In this document: positions 18,116 through 27,301 of the stretch, one piece after another
Layout of the letters: the number at the start of each line of letters is the position of its first letter
Position numbering within the stretch: position 1 is the first letter of the stretch
Position numbers and translations under genes: made by a program
Virus record (IMG/VR): IMGVR_UViG_3300036846_000743
Span: 162,074-226,073 of that record
Strand: one strand, 5' to 3'
Length of the DNA stretch: 64,000 nt
Notes under the pieces: model-generated
Database searches by the model: none
Seen by the model: the letters and a program-made list of their open reading frames with translations, nothing else
Told to the model about the DNA's origin: nothing

Positions 18116-18631
18116 TCAGGACAAGCGATCGAGCATGGCCCGGATGTCTTCCTCTTTCAGCTCCGTAGTGCGGATCTCGACGTCGGTGTGCTTGACGTAA
18201 CAGGTCCAGTGAAAGTCCACCATGCCTGGCCGCTCGTGCGACACGGCACCGACCACGAGCAGCTGCTCGCATTCCACCCTGGTATTTCCGTGCTCGGGTA
18301 GTTCCGGGGTAGCATCCGAGAAGCCATCGGTAGGATATTCCTCATCCTCGAAAATGGCCTTGAGCCGCGCACGTTGCTCGGATGGAACATCGAAGTCCTT
18401 GTCATCTTCCTTGCCGGACTCGAAGTATTCCACGACATAGTCGTGATAGGTCATCTCGTAGAGTGCATCGTCCAGCTTGTGAGCTGCCCGCCAGTAACCA
18501 GCTCGATGTAGGAGCTGATCGATCATGGGCTTGCCCAGGGTCAGGGTAGCGAAGAACGGCCCGAAGGCATCTCCGCCACCGTGAACCGACAGCATCAGCC
18601 TGATCATCTTGGAGCTACGAGTCTTCGGCAT
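18116..18631 (-). CDS. hypothetical protein
   Basis: GGAGG RBS; 171 aa. Confidence 0.7.
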   Translation of the reverse strand: MPKTRSSKMIRLMLSVHGGGDAFGPFFATLTLGKPMIDQLLHRAGYWRAAHKLDDALYEMTYHDYVVEYFESGKEDDKDFDVPSEQRARLKAIFEDEEYPTDGFSDATPELPEHGNTRVECEQLLVVGAVSHERPGMVDFHWTCYVKHTDVEIRTTELKEEDIRAMLDRLS

Positions 18632-18684
18632 CTTCTTCCTCCACGAGGAATATCAGGTCGACCTTGCTCGGGTTGGTTCCGACT

Positions 18685-19050
18685 TCACTCTGCGGCGGGC
18701 GTCGGCTCCTGGAGGACCGGCTTGTAGACGATGGCCTTCCGGCCGCTCTTGTTGCGCCGGGTGACGCCGGTATCGTACAACTTGTTCATCAGAACCAGCT
18801 CCCGGATCCGGGCCGATACCGTCTGATGCTTCGCGGCCAGGATATCCTCGATCTCCTCGCAGGTTGCCCCGTCGGGCTGCTCCGCGATCGCATCGAGGAC
18901 GATCTGGCCGAGCTGGCTCGCGACGGTCCGCATCGAGATCGCAGCCGCCCATGACGTTGGCTTTCCGACGTGCGGTGGCGTCCCATCGTAGAGGTTGTAT
19001 TCACCATCTGTGGTTACCATCGGCCGTACCTCACGAAAGACGAACTTCAT
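18685..19050 (-). CDS. winged-helix DNA-binding protein
   Basis: GATCEEIE..L..KHQTVSARIREL...DTG..R...SGRKA.V. Confidence 0.7.
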   Translation of the reverse strand: MKFVFREVRPMVTTDGEYNLYDGTPPHVGKPTSWAAAISMRTVASQLGQIVLDAIAEQPDGATCEEIEDILAAKHQTVSARIRELVLMNKLYDTGVTRRNKSGRKAIVYKPVLQEPTPAAE

Positions 19051-19349
19051 CCACCATCGGCCTCATCATCCTCCTCCTCCTCGTCATCGTCATCATCCAC
19101 AGGAAAGATCAGGTCGGGGCGAGCCTTCGGATCAGGCTCGCCAAGCAACTCGTGCGTGCCCTCCTGGGGGTCGTAGTCATCTTGGTCGCACCAGTCATGA
19201 CTGGTGCCGTCGACTTCCTCGTAGATATCGGTGAGCCTTCCCTTGATCACCTCGTCGGTCCAGCCTTCAGGGACCGCCACGGTGAGCGTGACGGTCCGCG
19301 GGTGAAGCTGCTGAAACTGGATCTGGACCAGCCGTGTCGGTCTAGCCAT
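19047..19349 (-). CDS. hypothetical protein, paralogue of 19342-19662
   Basis: Shares RLV.I...VAVP..WTD...K.RL..IY...EG.H.LLGE with its neighbour. Confidence 0.7.
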   Translation of the reverse strand: MARPTRLVQIQFQQLHPRTVTLTVAVPEGWTDEVIKGRLTDIYEEVDGTSHDWCDQDDYDPQEGTHELLGEPDPKARPDLIFPVDDDDDEEEEDDEADGG

Positions 19350-19662
19350 CTGCAATCTCCTCGTGATCGAAGGTCACGTCGGCCTGGGGCTTGGCCTCGC
19401 CCAGTAACTGATGGTCGCCTTCTCCGTCAGTCATGGCCTCTTCGTCCTCCCAGAGCCCTGCAAACTCCGCGTACGGCGCAGCTTGCTGGTAGATGGTAGA
19501 CAGTCGGGCCTTGACCTGATCGTCGGTCCATGTGGCGGGAACCGCCACATTGAGTCTGGCGAATTGCGGGACCCACCGCTGGAGGCGAATCGCGACCAGT
19601 CGCCGCTCGATCTTGGGCTTCTTGCCCTTCTTCTTGTCTTTCTTCTTGCTGTTCTTCCCCAA
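19342..19662 (-). CDS. hypothetical protein, paralogue of 19047-19349
   Basis: AAGGAG RBS; Lys-rich N-terminus. Confidence 0.7.
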   Translation of the reverse strand: MGKNSKKKDKKKGKKPKIERRLVAIRLQRWVPQFARLNVAVPATWTDDQVKARLSTIYQQAAPYAEFAGLWEDEEAMTDGEGDHQLLGEAKPQADVTFDHEEIADG

Positions 19663-19680
19663 TGCACATTCTCCTTGTCG

Positions 19681-20100
19681 TTAGTCGAGCATGTGCACCC
19701 CGCACCTTTCACCATCGAGCAGCCGCTCCGAGAGCTGCACGAACCCTTTGCTCCGGGGTGATCCGCTCTGATCTGCGGAATTGAAGAGAAAGATCGGGTG
19801 CTTTTCGCAGATATCCAGGAACCGAGTGATGAAGTGGATCGCCACACGTTCACTGACGTGCTGGATATCACGACGACCAGGGTGCCGGTATGTATGCACC
19901 TCCCAGTAGTAAGTCGTGGCCTGACCACCACGTACCCGGAACTTGAAAGACAGCTCGCGCTGATAGCCATACTGGTCGAGTATCTGAACTTCGAGCTTGG
20001 GCACGGCCCCGTCTTTCCCGGGTACGTGCTCGACGTTGTAGATCACGGTCGCCTGCTCGAACTCGTAGAACTTGCGCTCGGTAGGTAAGTCGTCTCTCAC
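19681..20100 (-). CDS. hypothetical protein
   Basis: 139 aa; GTGA overlap with the upstream gene. Confidence 0.6.
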   Translation of the reverse strand: MRDDLPTERKFYEFEQATVIYNVEHVPGKDGAVPKLEVQILDQYGYQRELSFKFRVRGGQATTYYWEVHTYRHPGRRDIQHVSERVAIHFITRFLDICEKHPIFLFNSADQSGSPRSKGFVQLSERLLDGERCGVHMLD

Positions 20101-21029
20101 TCATCCTCCTCCTCTTCATCTTCGTCTTCGTAGTTATCCAGAGTGTCGCTAATGGTCTCCCAGTTCTTGGCAGCCTTGCCCAGGCGCGCCTTGGCGTCCT
20201 CCTCGCGCGTCATGGCCTCGGCCCAGGTGGCATCGTCGCGGTGGTTGCCGATGGCATCCTGGATCAACGTCACAAGTACGGCCGGGTCCAGAGCGTCAAG
20301 CTCCCACGACTCATCGCCGTGGAGCGCCTGATAGCCCACGAACCGGGCATCAGTCACCTTGGCCGGGTTAGGCGGCGGATGGTACTGCTGGACCTGGTCC
20401 ATGTTTAGGGCTAGCCGCTTGAACTCGACGTTCACTCCGAAGATCTTGAGCCGATCCACGATGTCCCGGGACATGTCAATCCCGGACGGATCGTGATCGC
20501 CCAGATGCAGGATCAGGATCTTCTGCCCGTCGCGCTTCCACTTCTTGAGCCTCATCGCAGCCGACCAGACTTCACTGATCGATGTATAGCCGCGGCAGCT
20601 GAAGTAAGGGACATCGAGCGGCTCGCAAGCCGACTCCAAGATGCCCACCAGCGCATCCTTCTCGATCCAGACTTCGATGCGGTAGTCCTGATCTTCCCAC
20701 TTATCGTAGGCGAACGAGGAAGCTGCCGACTTGATGATGTCGGCCGGGGAATCCCAGTGAGAGTTGCTTCGTAGATTGCGCGTGCGATCCGTGATCGCTT
20801 CCCAGTCGATCAATCCCAACAAGCGACCATCAGCGATGGTATCACCGAGCTTCTTGTATTCGGTGTCCTTATTGGGGATCAATCCACGCGCGACAAACTG
20901 ATAATAAAGTTGGCGAAGAGTCAAGTCGAATCCTTGCGCCTGATACTCGTCAATGATCTCATTCGCCTTACTGATGACGTTGAGACGATCTTGAGATAGT
21001 CTCTTCGTGATATACCGTATCTTCGGCAA
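20097..21029 (-). CDS. Topo VI-A/Spo11-like (winged-helix + TOPRIM) protein
   Basis: LTLRQLYYQ (catalytic-Tyr-like helix), EVWIEKDAL, LGDHDPSG (DxD) and ELDAL. Confidence 0.8.
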   Translation of the reverse strand: MPKIRYITKRLSQDRLNVISKANEIIDEYQAQGFDLTLRQLYYQFVARGLIPNKDTEYKKLGDTIADGRLLGLIDWEAITDRTRNLRSNSHWDSPADIIKSAASSFAYDKWEDQDYRIEVWIEKDALVGILESACEPLDVPYFSCRGYTSISEVWSAAMRLKKWKRDGQKILILHLGDHDPSGIDMSRDIVDRLKIFGVNVEFKRLALNMDQVQQYHPPPNPAKVTDARFVGYQALHGDESWELDALDPAVLVTLIQDAIGNHRDDATWAEAMTREEDAKARLGKAAKNWETISDTLDNYEDEDEEEEDE

Positions 21030-21224
21030 AGCTGTGGTCCTTCCAGGCTATGGCCACGGCTGTCTCGTCCGCGTACTTGGGTTTCCAAGCCGGACGTGTA
21101 TGGACCCTCGAGTTTCTGTAGCGGCGCTTGGCCGCGACCGGAAGCCCCATACATCGTTTCTCCGACAAGACCCTTCTTTCGGCGACCGTCCAGCCAAACG
21201 GCCAGACAGTGTAAACGAGTTGCT

Positions 21225-21512
21225 TCAGATCTTCGTGGACTTCTTCGACACGCCTACCTCCTTTCTGCTTTCACCGGCAAGCAGCCGCAGAACATGGGTC
21301 TGGCTAATGTGGTATTTCCTCGCCAATGCCGCCTGCTTCCCGCGAACCGGATCGGCAGCATACTCAGCGCGCAACGCAGCAACCTGCGCATCGTCGAGTT
21401 TCACCATCGGATGCTTTTCTCCGCGCAGGCCGGGCCCGCCACCACGAACAAACGGGCTAGCCTCATCAGCGATATCGCTGATCGTCTGCCGTTTCGCCTT
21501 TGCTCTCGACAT
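21225..21512 (-). CDS. stand-alone HTH domain of the type found at the C-terminus of HNH endonucleases
   Basis: RGEKHPMVKL....V..LR...QAALARKYHISQTHV..L..G. Confidence 0.65.
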   Translation of the reverse strand: MSRAKAKRQTISDIADEASPFVRGGGPGLRGEKHPMVKLDDAQVAALRAEYAADPVRGKQAALARKYHISQTHVLRLLAGESRKEVGVSKKSTKI

Positions 21513-21515
21513 CGC

Positions 21516-21746
21516 TCAGATCTCCAGGATGTCTTCCCTGACGAACTTCGCCAGGAACGCGGCTGCATTGATAATTCTCTCCTGCCTGTCCTGCGAAGTT
21601 CTGCTGAACCAGCGGGAAGCAGCAGCAGTAGTCTTGCCCGAAAGGGCACTGTCAATCTGCTCGACAGCTTCGACCAGCATTGTGTACTCCGTATGCGTGA
21701 TGTTGAACATCACATCCGCACTCTCTCCGATAGCGGGTGCTTCCAT
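21516..21746 (-). CDS. small protein, paralogue of 21749-21958
   Basis: AAGGAG RBS; T..EY..L.EA...RW.S...II.AAAFLA.F..E.I. Confidence 0.7.
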   Translation of the reverse strand: MEAPAIGESADVMFNITHTEYTMLVEAVEQIDSALSGKTTAAASRWFSRTSQDRQERIINAAAFLAKFVREDILEI

Positions 21747-21748
21747 AG

Positions 21749-21958
21749 TTACTCCTTGGGCCCGGTGATATTCTCCTTGGCGAATCTCGCCAGGAACGCA
21801 GCTGCTTTGATGATCTTCACCTGATCGACATACCTGCTGTCGCTGAGCCAACGCATGATTGTCTGGGCGTCGTTGTTCCGGACAGTACTGTAAACTAGGT
21901 CAGTAGCTTCGATCAGCTTCTCATACTCATCTCGTGTGAGTTCGAGCTGTATCTTCAT
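21749..21958 (-). CDS. small protein, paralogue of 21516-21746
   Basis: Same shared motif as its neighbour. Confidence 0.7.
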   Translation of the reverse strand: MKIQLELTRDEYEKLIEATDLVYSTVRNNDAQTIMRWLSDSRYVDQVKIIKAAAFLARFAKENITGPKE

Positions 21959-22326
21959 CAGTTGTCCAGGGTCGGGGGCCTGTATGGTTGTTCCTCGGGC
22001 TCTCGTTCGAGTGCTTCATTCACCTCCTTTAATGCCGCTTCCTTCACCTTCCTGCCGTTTGCGAATTGTTCGACCCATTTCTGGTACGCCTGGACGGAGC
22101 CGTGGCAGGCAGCCGGGACTTCGTTGTGGAAGTAGGCACAGAAGGCCGGCAGGTTTTCCAGGTTCTCGTCGTCGGCACGTCCGATGACGATGAACACGTC
22201 ACGATGACAGATCAATGCTTCGAGGAAACCACCTTCCTCGACTGGCCAGCCTTCGTCGACGTAATTCCTGATCGTGACCATCATGCGGTCCGGGACGTAG
22301 TACTTACGGAACCTGTACTCTGCCAT
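21958..22326 (-). CDS. hypothetical protein
   Basis: MAEYRFRKYY start overlaps the upstream stop. Confidence 0.65.
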   Translation of the reverse strand: MAEYRFRKYYVPDRMMVTIRNYVDEGWPVEEGGFLEALICHRDVFIVIGRADDENLENLPAFCAYFHNEVPAACHGSVQAYQKWVEQFANGRKVKEAALKEVNEALEREPEEQPYRPPTLDN

Positions 22327-22589
22327 CAAGGTCGCCTCTTGTTGATGTTGATACCGATCGGGACGAAGTCCAGGACATAGAGATGAAAGATGTCCTGTTC
22401 GTCGACCAAGTCCTCGACCGGCGGGAAGAACTGGATGGCCCACTTGCCGGGATAGCGATCCCGGAAGACTTCCCATGCTTCGCGCCAGGAAAGCGAACCG
22501 TAATTCTCACGGCGGATGCGAATGTAGAGCACTTCGCCGAGATCCGTCGTGACTGGGCCCATCTCCTGGACGAACGCGAAGTTGACCAT
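22326..22589 (-). CDS. small conserved phage protein
   Basis: SWREAW...AIQFFPP..DLVD...FHLYV. Confidence 0.65.
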   Translation of the reverse strand: MVNFAFVQEMGPVTTDLGEVLYIRIRRENYGSLSWREAWEVFRDRYPGKWAIQFFPPVEDLVDEQDIFHLYVLDFVPIGININKRRP

Positions 22590-22598
22590 GAAAGCTCC

Positions 22599-22880
22599 TC
22601 ATACTTCATAAGGAACCACATAAGCGATGTAGCGACCCTCGAAACCAGGAACCTCAAGAGTCTGATACGCTTTGGTGCAGTAAAGCTCTTGAAGGGCGTC
22701 GTAGGCTTCCTGATGTTCCTCGTTCTCGGGCTTCTGCCAGTCTTCTTCGGTCTCGTGCACCCGGAACATCTCCAGGTGATGACTGACGCCGAGGATCTCG
22801 ATCGTGCCCAGAAGCCGGCTACCGTCCTTCTCCTCGGAAACGTCCCTGGGCTCCTGGATAACCTTGAGTCTGATCCTCAT
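22599..22880 (-). CDS. hypothetical protein
   Basis: GAGGAG RBS; 93 aa. Confidence 0.65.
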   Translation of the reverse strand: MRIRLKVIQEPRDVSEEKDGSRLLGTIEILGVSHHLEMFRVHETEEDWQKPENEEHQEAYDALQELYCTKAYQTLEVPGFEGRYIAYVVPYEV

Positions 22881-23638
22881 GACAGCTCCTCACTGAGCAT
22901 CTCCTCGATATGGTTCTTGGCCTCGGTAAACTGATCATCGGCGTAAGCAAAAGACTGAGCAGCACGCTGAAGTCGTTCGGTCGCTGAATTGCGCCGTTCC
23001 TCGAATTCGCGCAGATAAGCGGCAGCAGCTTCTTCTCGCGAACCAGCACCTCCTTCTTCGATAAAGGTCCTGGTTCGCTTCTCGATCTCGCGGCCACTGC
23101 CGAGCTTGTAGGTTATCTTGCCGCCGCCCTGCTTGACGATCTTGCCTTCGGCGAACTTGTATTTACCGTCTTCGTCGCGAAAGACCCGGTAGACGCAGTC
23201 GGATTCGATCCGGGGATGCATGACTTTCTTAGCTGGGTCCCGCGGCGGCGGCCCATCGACTTCGCCCGGCTCGTCGAGCAGGAGCGTATGCTTCAAACTA
23301 ACTAATTCAAGCGGGAATTCGGTCTGTAAGTGACTGTAGATCTCAAGAGCGATCTCTTCCCACTTCGCCCTGGTCATGCGCCCTTCTGCGAGGGCTTTCT
23401 GCCTGCACCCACTGCCATCGTCAGTCGGGTAAATGGCGATCTCCGTCGCCCCGTAGTAGCGACCAGCACCGATGCCTCCCCAGTGCTTGGAGCCGCCGAC
23501 GTGGATGAGCTGAACCTTGATTCGCCCCTTCTTGGGATGCGTGATCGTGTTCTGGACCAGAACCGAGCGACGGCCACAACCATAGTCGCAGCCATTCTCA
23601 TGCTGTGGCCGGACGATCTGCTCGTCTGCATACCTCAT
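22877..23638 (-). CDS. hypothetical protein
   Basis: 253 aa; ATGA overlaps at both ends. Confidence 0.65.
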   Translation of the reverse strand: MRYADEQIVRPQHENGCDYGCGRRSVLVQNTITHPKKGRIKVQLIHVGGSKHWGGIGAGRYYGATEIAIYPTDDGSGCRQKALAEGRMTRAKWEEIALEIYSHLQTEFPLELVSLKHTLLLDEPGEVDGPPPRDPAKKVMHPRIESDCVYRVFRDEDGKYKFAEGKIVKQGGGKITYKLGSGREIEKRTRTFIEEGGAGSREEAAAAYLREFEERRNSATERLQRAAQSFAYADDQFTEAKNHIEEMLSEELS

Positions 23639-24090
23639 GGACTTTCCTTCCGCCGAGGTCCCTCCAACTGTAAGTGTTGCTCATTGAGAATTTGGAAGAC
23701 AGTCCGGTCGCCGTCCAGGAGGAGATACGGCAGCATGACTTCGTCAACAGTTACCAGCCCTGCTTCCACAAGTGCCATCTGCACTTCGACCCAATTGAGC
23801 AAGATCCGCCAGGCCACACGAGTAGCATGCTCCCGCGTGGCCTGGCTGTTCGTGACCTTGCGACGTTTACGATGTTGCTGGAGTGTACGCTCCACGCCGT
23901 CGATATTTGCGGGCAGTCGGAATGGCCGGTCGCCATGCCGGGTCGCGATCGTGAACGAGAGCCCGCTGGGCTGACGATCTTGACCGTACTCGACCAGGAT
24001 CCTCGATGCACCGTGCGCGCTCAGGACCTTACTGATCTGACCGACAGTGCGATCAGCACTGATCGAAGTGGTGTAGTTCAGGAGCGGCAT
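23635..24090 (-). CDS. conserved phage hypothetical protein
   Basis: MPLLNYTTSI...L..HGA..I...Y...FRLP.N...AWRI...WVE.QMA. Confidence 0.75.
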   Translation of the reverse strand: MPLLNYTTSISADRTVGQISKVLSAHGASRILVEYGQDRQPSGLSFTIATRHGDRPFRLPANIDGVERTLQQHRKRRKVTNSQATREHATRVAWRILLNWVEVQMALVEAGLVTVDEVMLPYLLLDGDRTVFQILNEQHLQLEGPRRKESP

Positions 24091-24430
24091 CTGATGGATC
24101 CTCCTTCTTGCAGCCGGGGCAACCCAGCCGTTCCCATTCGCGGTGCGTCAAAGCATGCGCCCCGCACAGAGTGCACTGTAGCGGTTGGGGAAGCTGGCCA
24201 GAGAGTGGCAAGTTTTCCCACTGGAATACCTTGATCGGTTTCCACTCATGGGCCCTGGGGACACATGGCGGATCATCTCTGCTGGGTATGTCGGCGTACG
24301 TACAATAGCCGCACTTCATACAGCGCAGAACGCCGAGTTTGCCATCATCCATGCGGATGCTGATGGCCCGTGTGAACACATGCTGTTCAGGGAACAACAT
24401 GCGCATCACGGCCGCGATCAACCTATTCAC
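24053..24430 (-). CDS. Cys-rich Zn-finger protein
   Basis: CMKCG, CTLCG and CPGC motifs. Confidence 0.6.
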   Translation of the reverse strand: MNRLIAAVMRMLFPEQHVFTRAISIRMDDGKLGVLRCMKCGYCTYADIPSRDDPPCVPRAHEWKPIKVFQWENLPLSGQLPQPLQCTLCGAHALTHREWERLGCPGCKKEDPSDAAPELHHFDQC

Positions 24431-24500
24431 ATACCCTCCAGATAGGTACTGGGCGTCCTTGCCCTGGTTCGAGAGATCGAACAGCTATGGTGATTCGCTC

Positions 24501-24740
24501 TTACCTGGACTTGCGCTCTGGACCGTGGCCCAGCGGGCAAAACCATTTTCCGGCGAATGAACCATCTGGCTCGTAGGCAGGTTCCATACGGTGGCATGGA
24601 CCTCCCTTATGGTTACAGTAAAACACATCGCTTGGATCGGTGTGTTTGGCGATCTCCCAGATCTTGGTTCCATCTGCCAGTTTATTGCCCTTGGCGTCGC
24701 AATAACCACGGTCTGGGGAACCAACGATGATCAACTTCAT
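24501..24740 (-). CDS. small Cys/His protein
   Basis: AGGAG RBS before MKLIIVG. Confidence 0.55.
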   Translation of the reverse strand: MKLIIVGSPDRGYCDAKGNKLADGTKIWEIAKHTDPSDVFYCNHKGGPCHRMEPAYEPDGSFAGKWFCPLGHGPERKSR

Positions 24741-24783
24741 GAAACCAACTCCTGAAAAACGAAAAAGGGACAGACACCACGAA

Positions 24784-25299
24784 CTAGGACAGCAAGTAAC
24801 GCACGCCGCCCACGACCAGGGACTCAAGAGTGCGGTGATCGACCAGCCGCAGGTTATCATCCTGCTCGAGTTCGAGATCGAGGCAGAGGCAGCGGCCGAA
24901 CTTCTCTTCGTGGCGAATGAGGTAGCCGCGCAGCACGCGCTGCTGGCCATCCTTCTTGACGAAAGCCACGGTGAACGGCACGCCGAAGCTGGTAGTCAGG
25001 ATCTCGACCATCTGGCTCTTGCTGATCCGGACTGTGTCGGCGAAATAGTCGGCCGAGGCCAGGCCGACGATCATGTCGCGGCCGTCGATAGTGAACTCGC
25101 CGCCATCGATCAGGTCCTTGACGGTCATGGACTCGGCGCCAGCGGTCACGTCCAGGACCTGCACGTAATTGCGAATGCAGAGAATATTGCCCTTCTCGAT
25201 CTTGTCGGGATCGAGTGGATGCGTAGGCCGGTCATGGACTGGATCGGGCTTGGGAAGCGGCTCGTCCATGTTGTCGAACTTCTTGGTCGCCTTGGCCAT
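24784..25299 (-). CDS. hypothetical protein
   Basis: AAGGAG RBS; FTVAFVKKDG..RVL.G resembles small beta-barrel domains. Confidence 0.7.
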   Translation of the reverse strand: MAKATKKFDNMDEPLPKPDPVHDRPTHPLDPDKIEKGNILCIRNYVQVLDVTAGAESMTVKDLIDGGEFTIDGRDMIVGLASADYFADTVRISKSQMVEILTTSFGVPFTVAFVKKDGQQRVLRGYLIRHEEKFGRCLCLDLELEQDDNLRLVDHRTLESLVVGGVRYLLS

Positions 25300-25853
25300 C
25301 AATATCTCCTTCGCGGTTGAAGTAACGGACTGGACGGCCGGCGCCGGCGAAGCTCCACAGCCATCGCCGCTCGCTTCTCGTCCGGTCCTGGTGCACGCAA
25401 GTTTTCATCCCACAACAGCTGCCAGAGCCTGGAGTATAGCTCGCCGGTCTTATGGGCTTCCATGATCGCACCAAGCCCGGGCGCCGAGATGATATCGGAC
25501 TGTTGCTGATTCTGCCCACAGTAGAAGAACGCGCATCCGAAAGGCGCATTCTCGTGGATCTCGCAGCGGCCGTTCTTCAGCCAGTGACAGGCCATGCCGC
25601 CCGTGATGTGGGCCGGCACCAACGTGCCGATCTGGATCACCTGCCGTTCGCCAGTTGCATTGTTGATGCGTAGGATCTTGGCGCCAGGTGAAGCCCGCAA
25701 GTGCTCACGGGCCCAGGTCTCCGGATCGGCCTCGGGCGGAATCATCCGCCCAAGGTCATCCGGGATCAGGTAGCCAGGTATGAACTGACAGTTCAGCACA
25801 CAGTGCTGGCAGGTACACGCGTTGCGGTTGAAGCCGAATTCGGTCCGGGGCAT
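25299..25853 (-). CDS. YkgJ-like Cys-cluster (Zn/Fe-S) protein
   Basis: CTCQHC..NC...PG; C.WL..GRCEIH...PFGC..F.C. Confidence 0.65.
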   Translation of the reverse strand: MPRTEFGFNRNACTCQHCVLNCQFIPGYLIPDDLGRMIPPEADPETWAREHLRASPGAKILRINNATGERQVIQIGTLVPAHITGGMACHWLKNGRCEIHENAPFGCAFFYCGQNQQQSDIISAPGLGAIMEAHKTGELYSRLWQLLWDENLRAPGPDEKRAAMAVELRRRRPSSPLLQPRRRY

Positions 25854-26446
25854 GGGTCCTCCTGAGAACCTGTGGTCTGGTTCTTGGGGGTAAGCTGCTT
25901 GAGCGTCTCACAGAGACACTTGTAGTTATTACCCCCGAACTCATCGATAGCGGCCTGTAGTCTCGTCCGGTTCTCCGGCGTATCCAGCATGTGGTAGACG
26001 AACCCACGGTCCGTCTTACCGAGCGACGGCCAGCCCGGCTTGACCTGAGCGCTGAACCGGCTGCTCCTGCCTTCGGTGCCGCGCCAGACCTGGGTTCCAT
26101 CGCTCTGCATGGCGATCTCGAAGCCCTCGATCAGGATATTGGTTGTGGCAGCGCGCCGGCCCTGATTGGGCGCAAAGAAGTCCTTGAGAAAACCGTCCTT
26201 GTTGATGGTCACCAGTATGTAGGAGGTCCACGTGACCTTGGTCCCATCCGCACAGCGGACGAATACGCGCGATCTGAGCGTGTTGGCGTTCTCATCCTGA
26301 TCGGTGAACGACATCGGTGTCCTCACTTCGGCCAGGAACGAGACTTTCTCGTCATTGATCACGGTGAAAACCTGGATCTTGTGCTCGCGGCTCGTAACTT
26401 CGTCCACGTAAGTCCACTGAGTAAACTTCCGCTTGCTGATAGGCAT
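25793..26446 (-). CDS. hypothetical protein
   Basis: GGGAG RBS; 217 aa. Confidence 0.6.
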   Translation of the reverse strand: MPISKRKFTQWTYVDEVTSREHKIQVFTVINDEKVSFLAEVRTPMSFTDQDENANTLRSRVFVRCADGTKVTWTSYILVTINKDGFLKDFFAPNQGRRAATTNILIEGFEIAMQSDGTQVWRGTEGRSSRFSAQVKPGWPSLGKTDRGFVYHMLDTPENRTRLQAAIDEFGGNNYKCLCETLKQLTPKNQTTGSQEDPCPGPNSASTATRVPASTVC

Positions 26447-26448
26447 GT

Positions 26449-26907
26449 TTATCTCCCTGGTAGGGCAGTCTTCAACATTTCAGCGACAGTAGCGAAGATC
26501 AGTTGCCGCTGCTTACGGCTACGAAACTGGCCGGGATCGTAGAGTCCGAGCCGTCTGGCAACCTGCCGCATCCGGTTCTCGGCTTGCTCGGCCGTGCCCT
26601 TGCGCTGGCGCTCGCAGAAGATCAGAGCGCCAGCACAATGGATATCCCTGGTCGAAGGTTGATACTCACACTCATCGGTCGTGTGACCATGTAGCTCCTT
26701 GTGACAAGAGAACGTGCTGCCGTTGGGATCAAGCAGGTCCTTGGTGATCTCCAGGATACGGCTGCGGCTGAGCCGGACAGCAAGGCGCCCACTACGCCGA
26801 AATGGACATTCGGCGCAGGGCGTCAGAACATCGAATCTCACTGGCTCCTCCCATTTGGGATCAGAACTCGATGTGTGGGCAGTGCACAACCACCTGAAGG
26901 GTCCCAC
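26449..26907 (-). CDS. Cys-rich phage protein
   Basis: PCAECPFRR...FSCHK...HCAGAL; true start probably near 26840. Confidence 0.6.
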   Translation of the reverse strand: MGPFRWLCTAHTSSSDPKWEEPVRFDVLTPCAECPFRRSGRLAVRLSRSRILEITKDLLDPNGSTFSCHKELHGHTTDECEYQPSTRDIHCAGALIFCERQRKGTAEQAENRMRQVARRLGLYDPGQFRSRKQRQLIFATVAEMLKTALPGR

Positions 26908-27301
26908 TGGTATACCAGGACTTTGAAGGGTCGGACACGCGAACGATCATCGACAACGCACGGATGGCCTTCAGTGTCTCCTTCGCCTCGTCGGAAAGCT
27001 GGTAGGGATGGCCGACCAGGAACAGGGGCTTACCGCCCTTGCCCCAGAGTTCGACGTGGTCGAACGGCGTACCGTAGCCATACGCATCCCCCAGCATGCC
27101 ATGTTCGGCATACCAGTAGCGCTGGAGCAATTCCTTGACCCGGACTGGCAACGCCCCTCCCTGCTGGAACAGCCGGAACAGGTTATGATAGCTGTTCCGA
27201 TACTCCCGCACTCTGTGCCGGGCCCTGAACATATTCAGGCGCTCCTGGCAGTTCGGCGCGAGAACGAAGTTGGTGGCGCTGGTACCTTGTAGGGCCTTCA
27301 C
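26861..27301 (-). CDS. hypothetical protein
   Basis: FDHVELW...LVGHPY...SWY motif. Confidence 0.6.
   Translation of the reverse strand: MKALQGTSATNFVLAPNCQERLNMFRARHRVREYRNSYHNLFRLFQQGGALPVRVKELLQRYWYAEHGMLGDAYGYGTPFDHVELWGKGGKPLFLVGHPYQLSDEAKETLKAIRALSMIVRVSDPSKSWYTSGTLQVVVHCPHIEF

Noticed and set aside
24762-24778. REP-like sequence aaaaagggacagacacc
   Set aside because: Single copy with no inverted partner or associated transposase seen.
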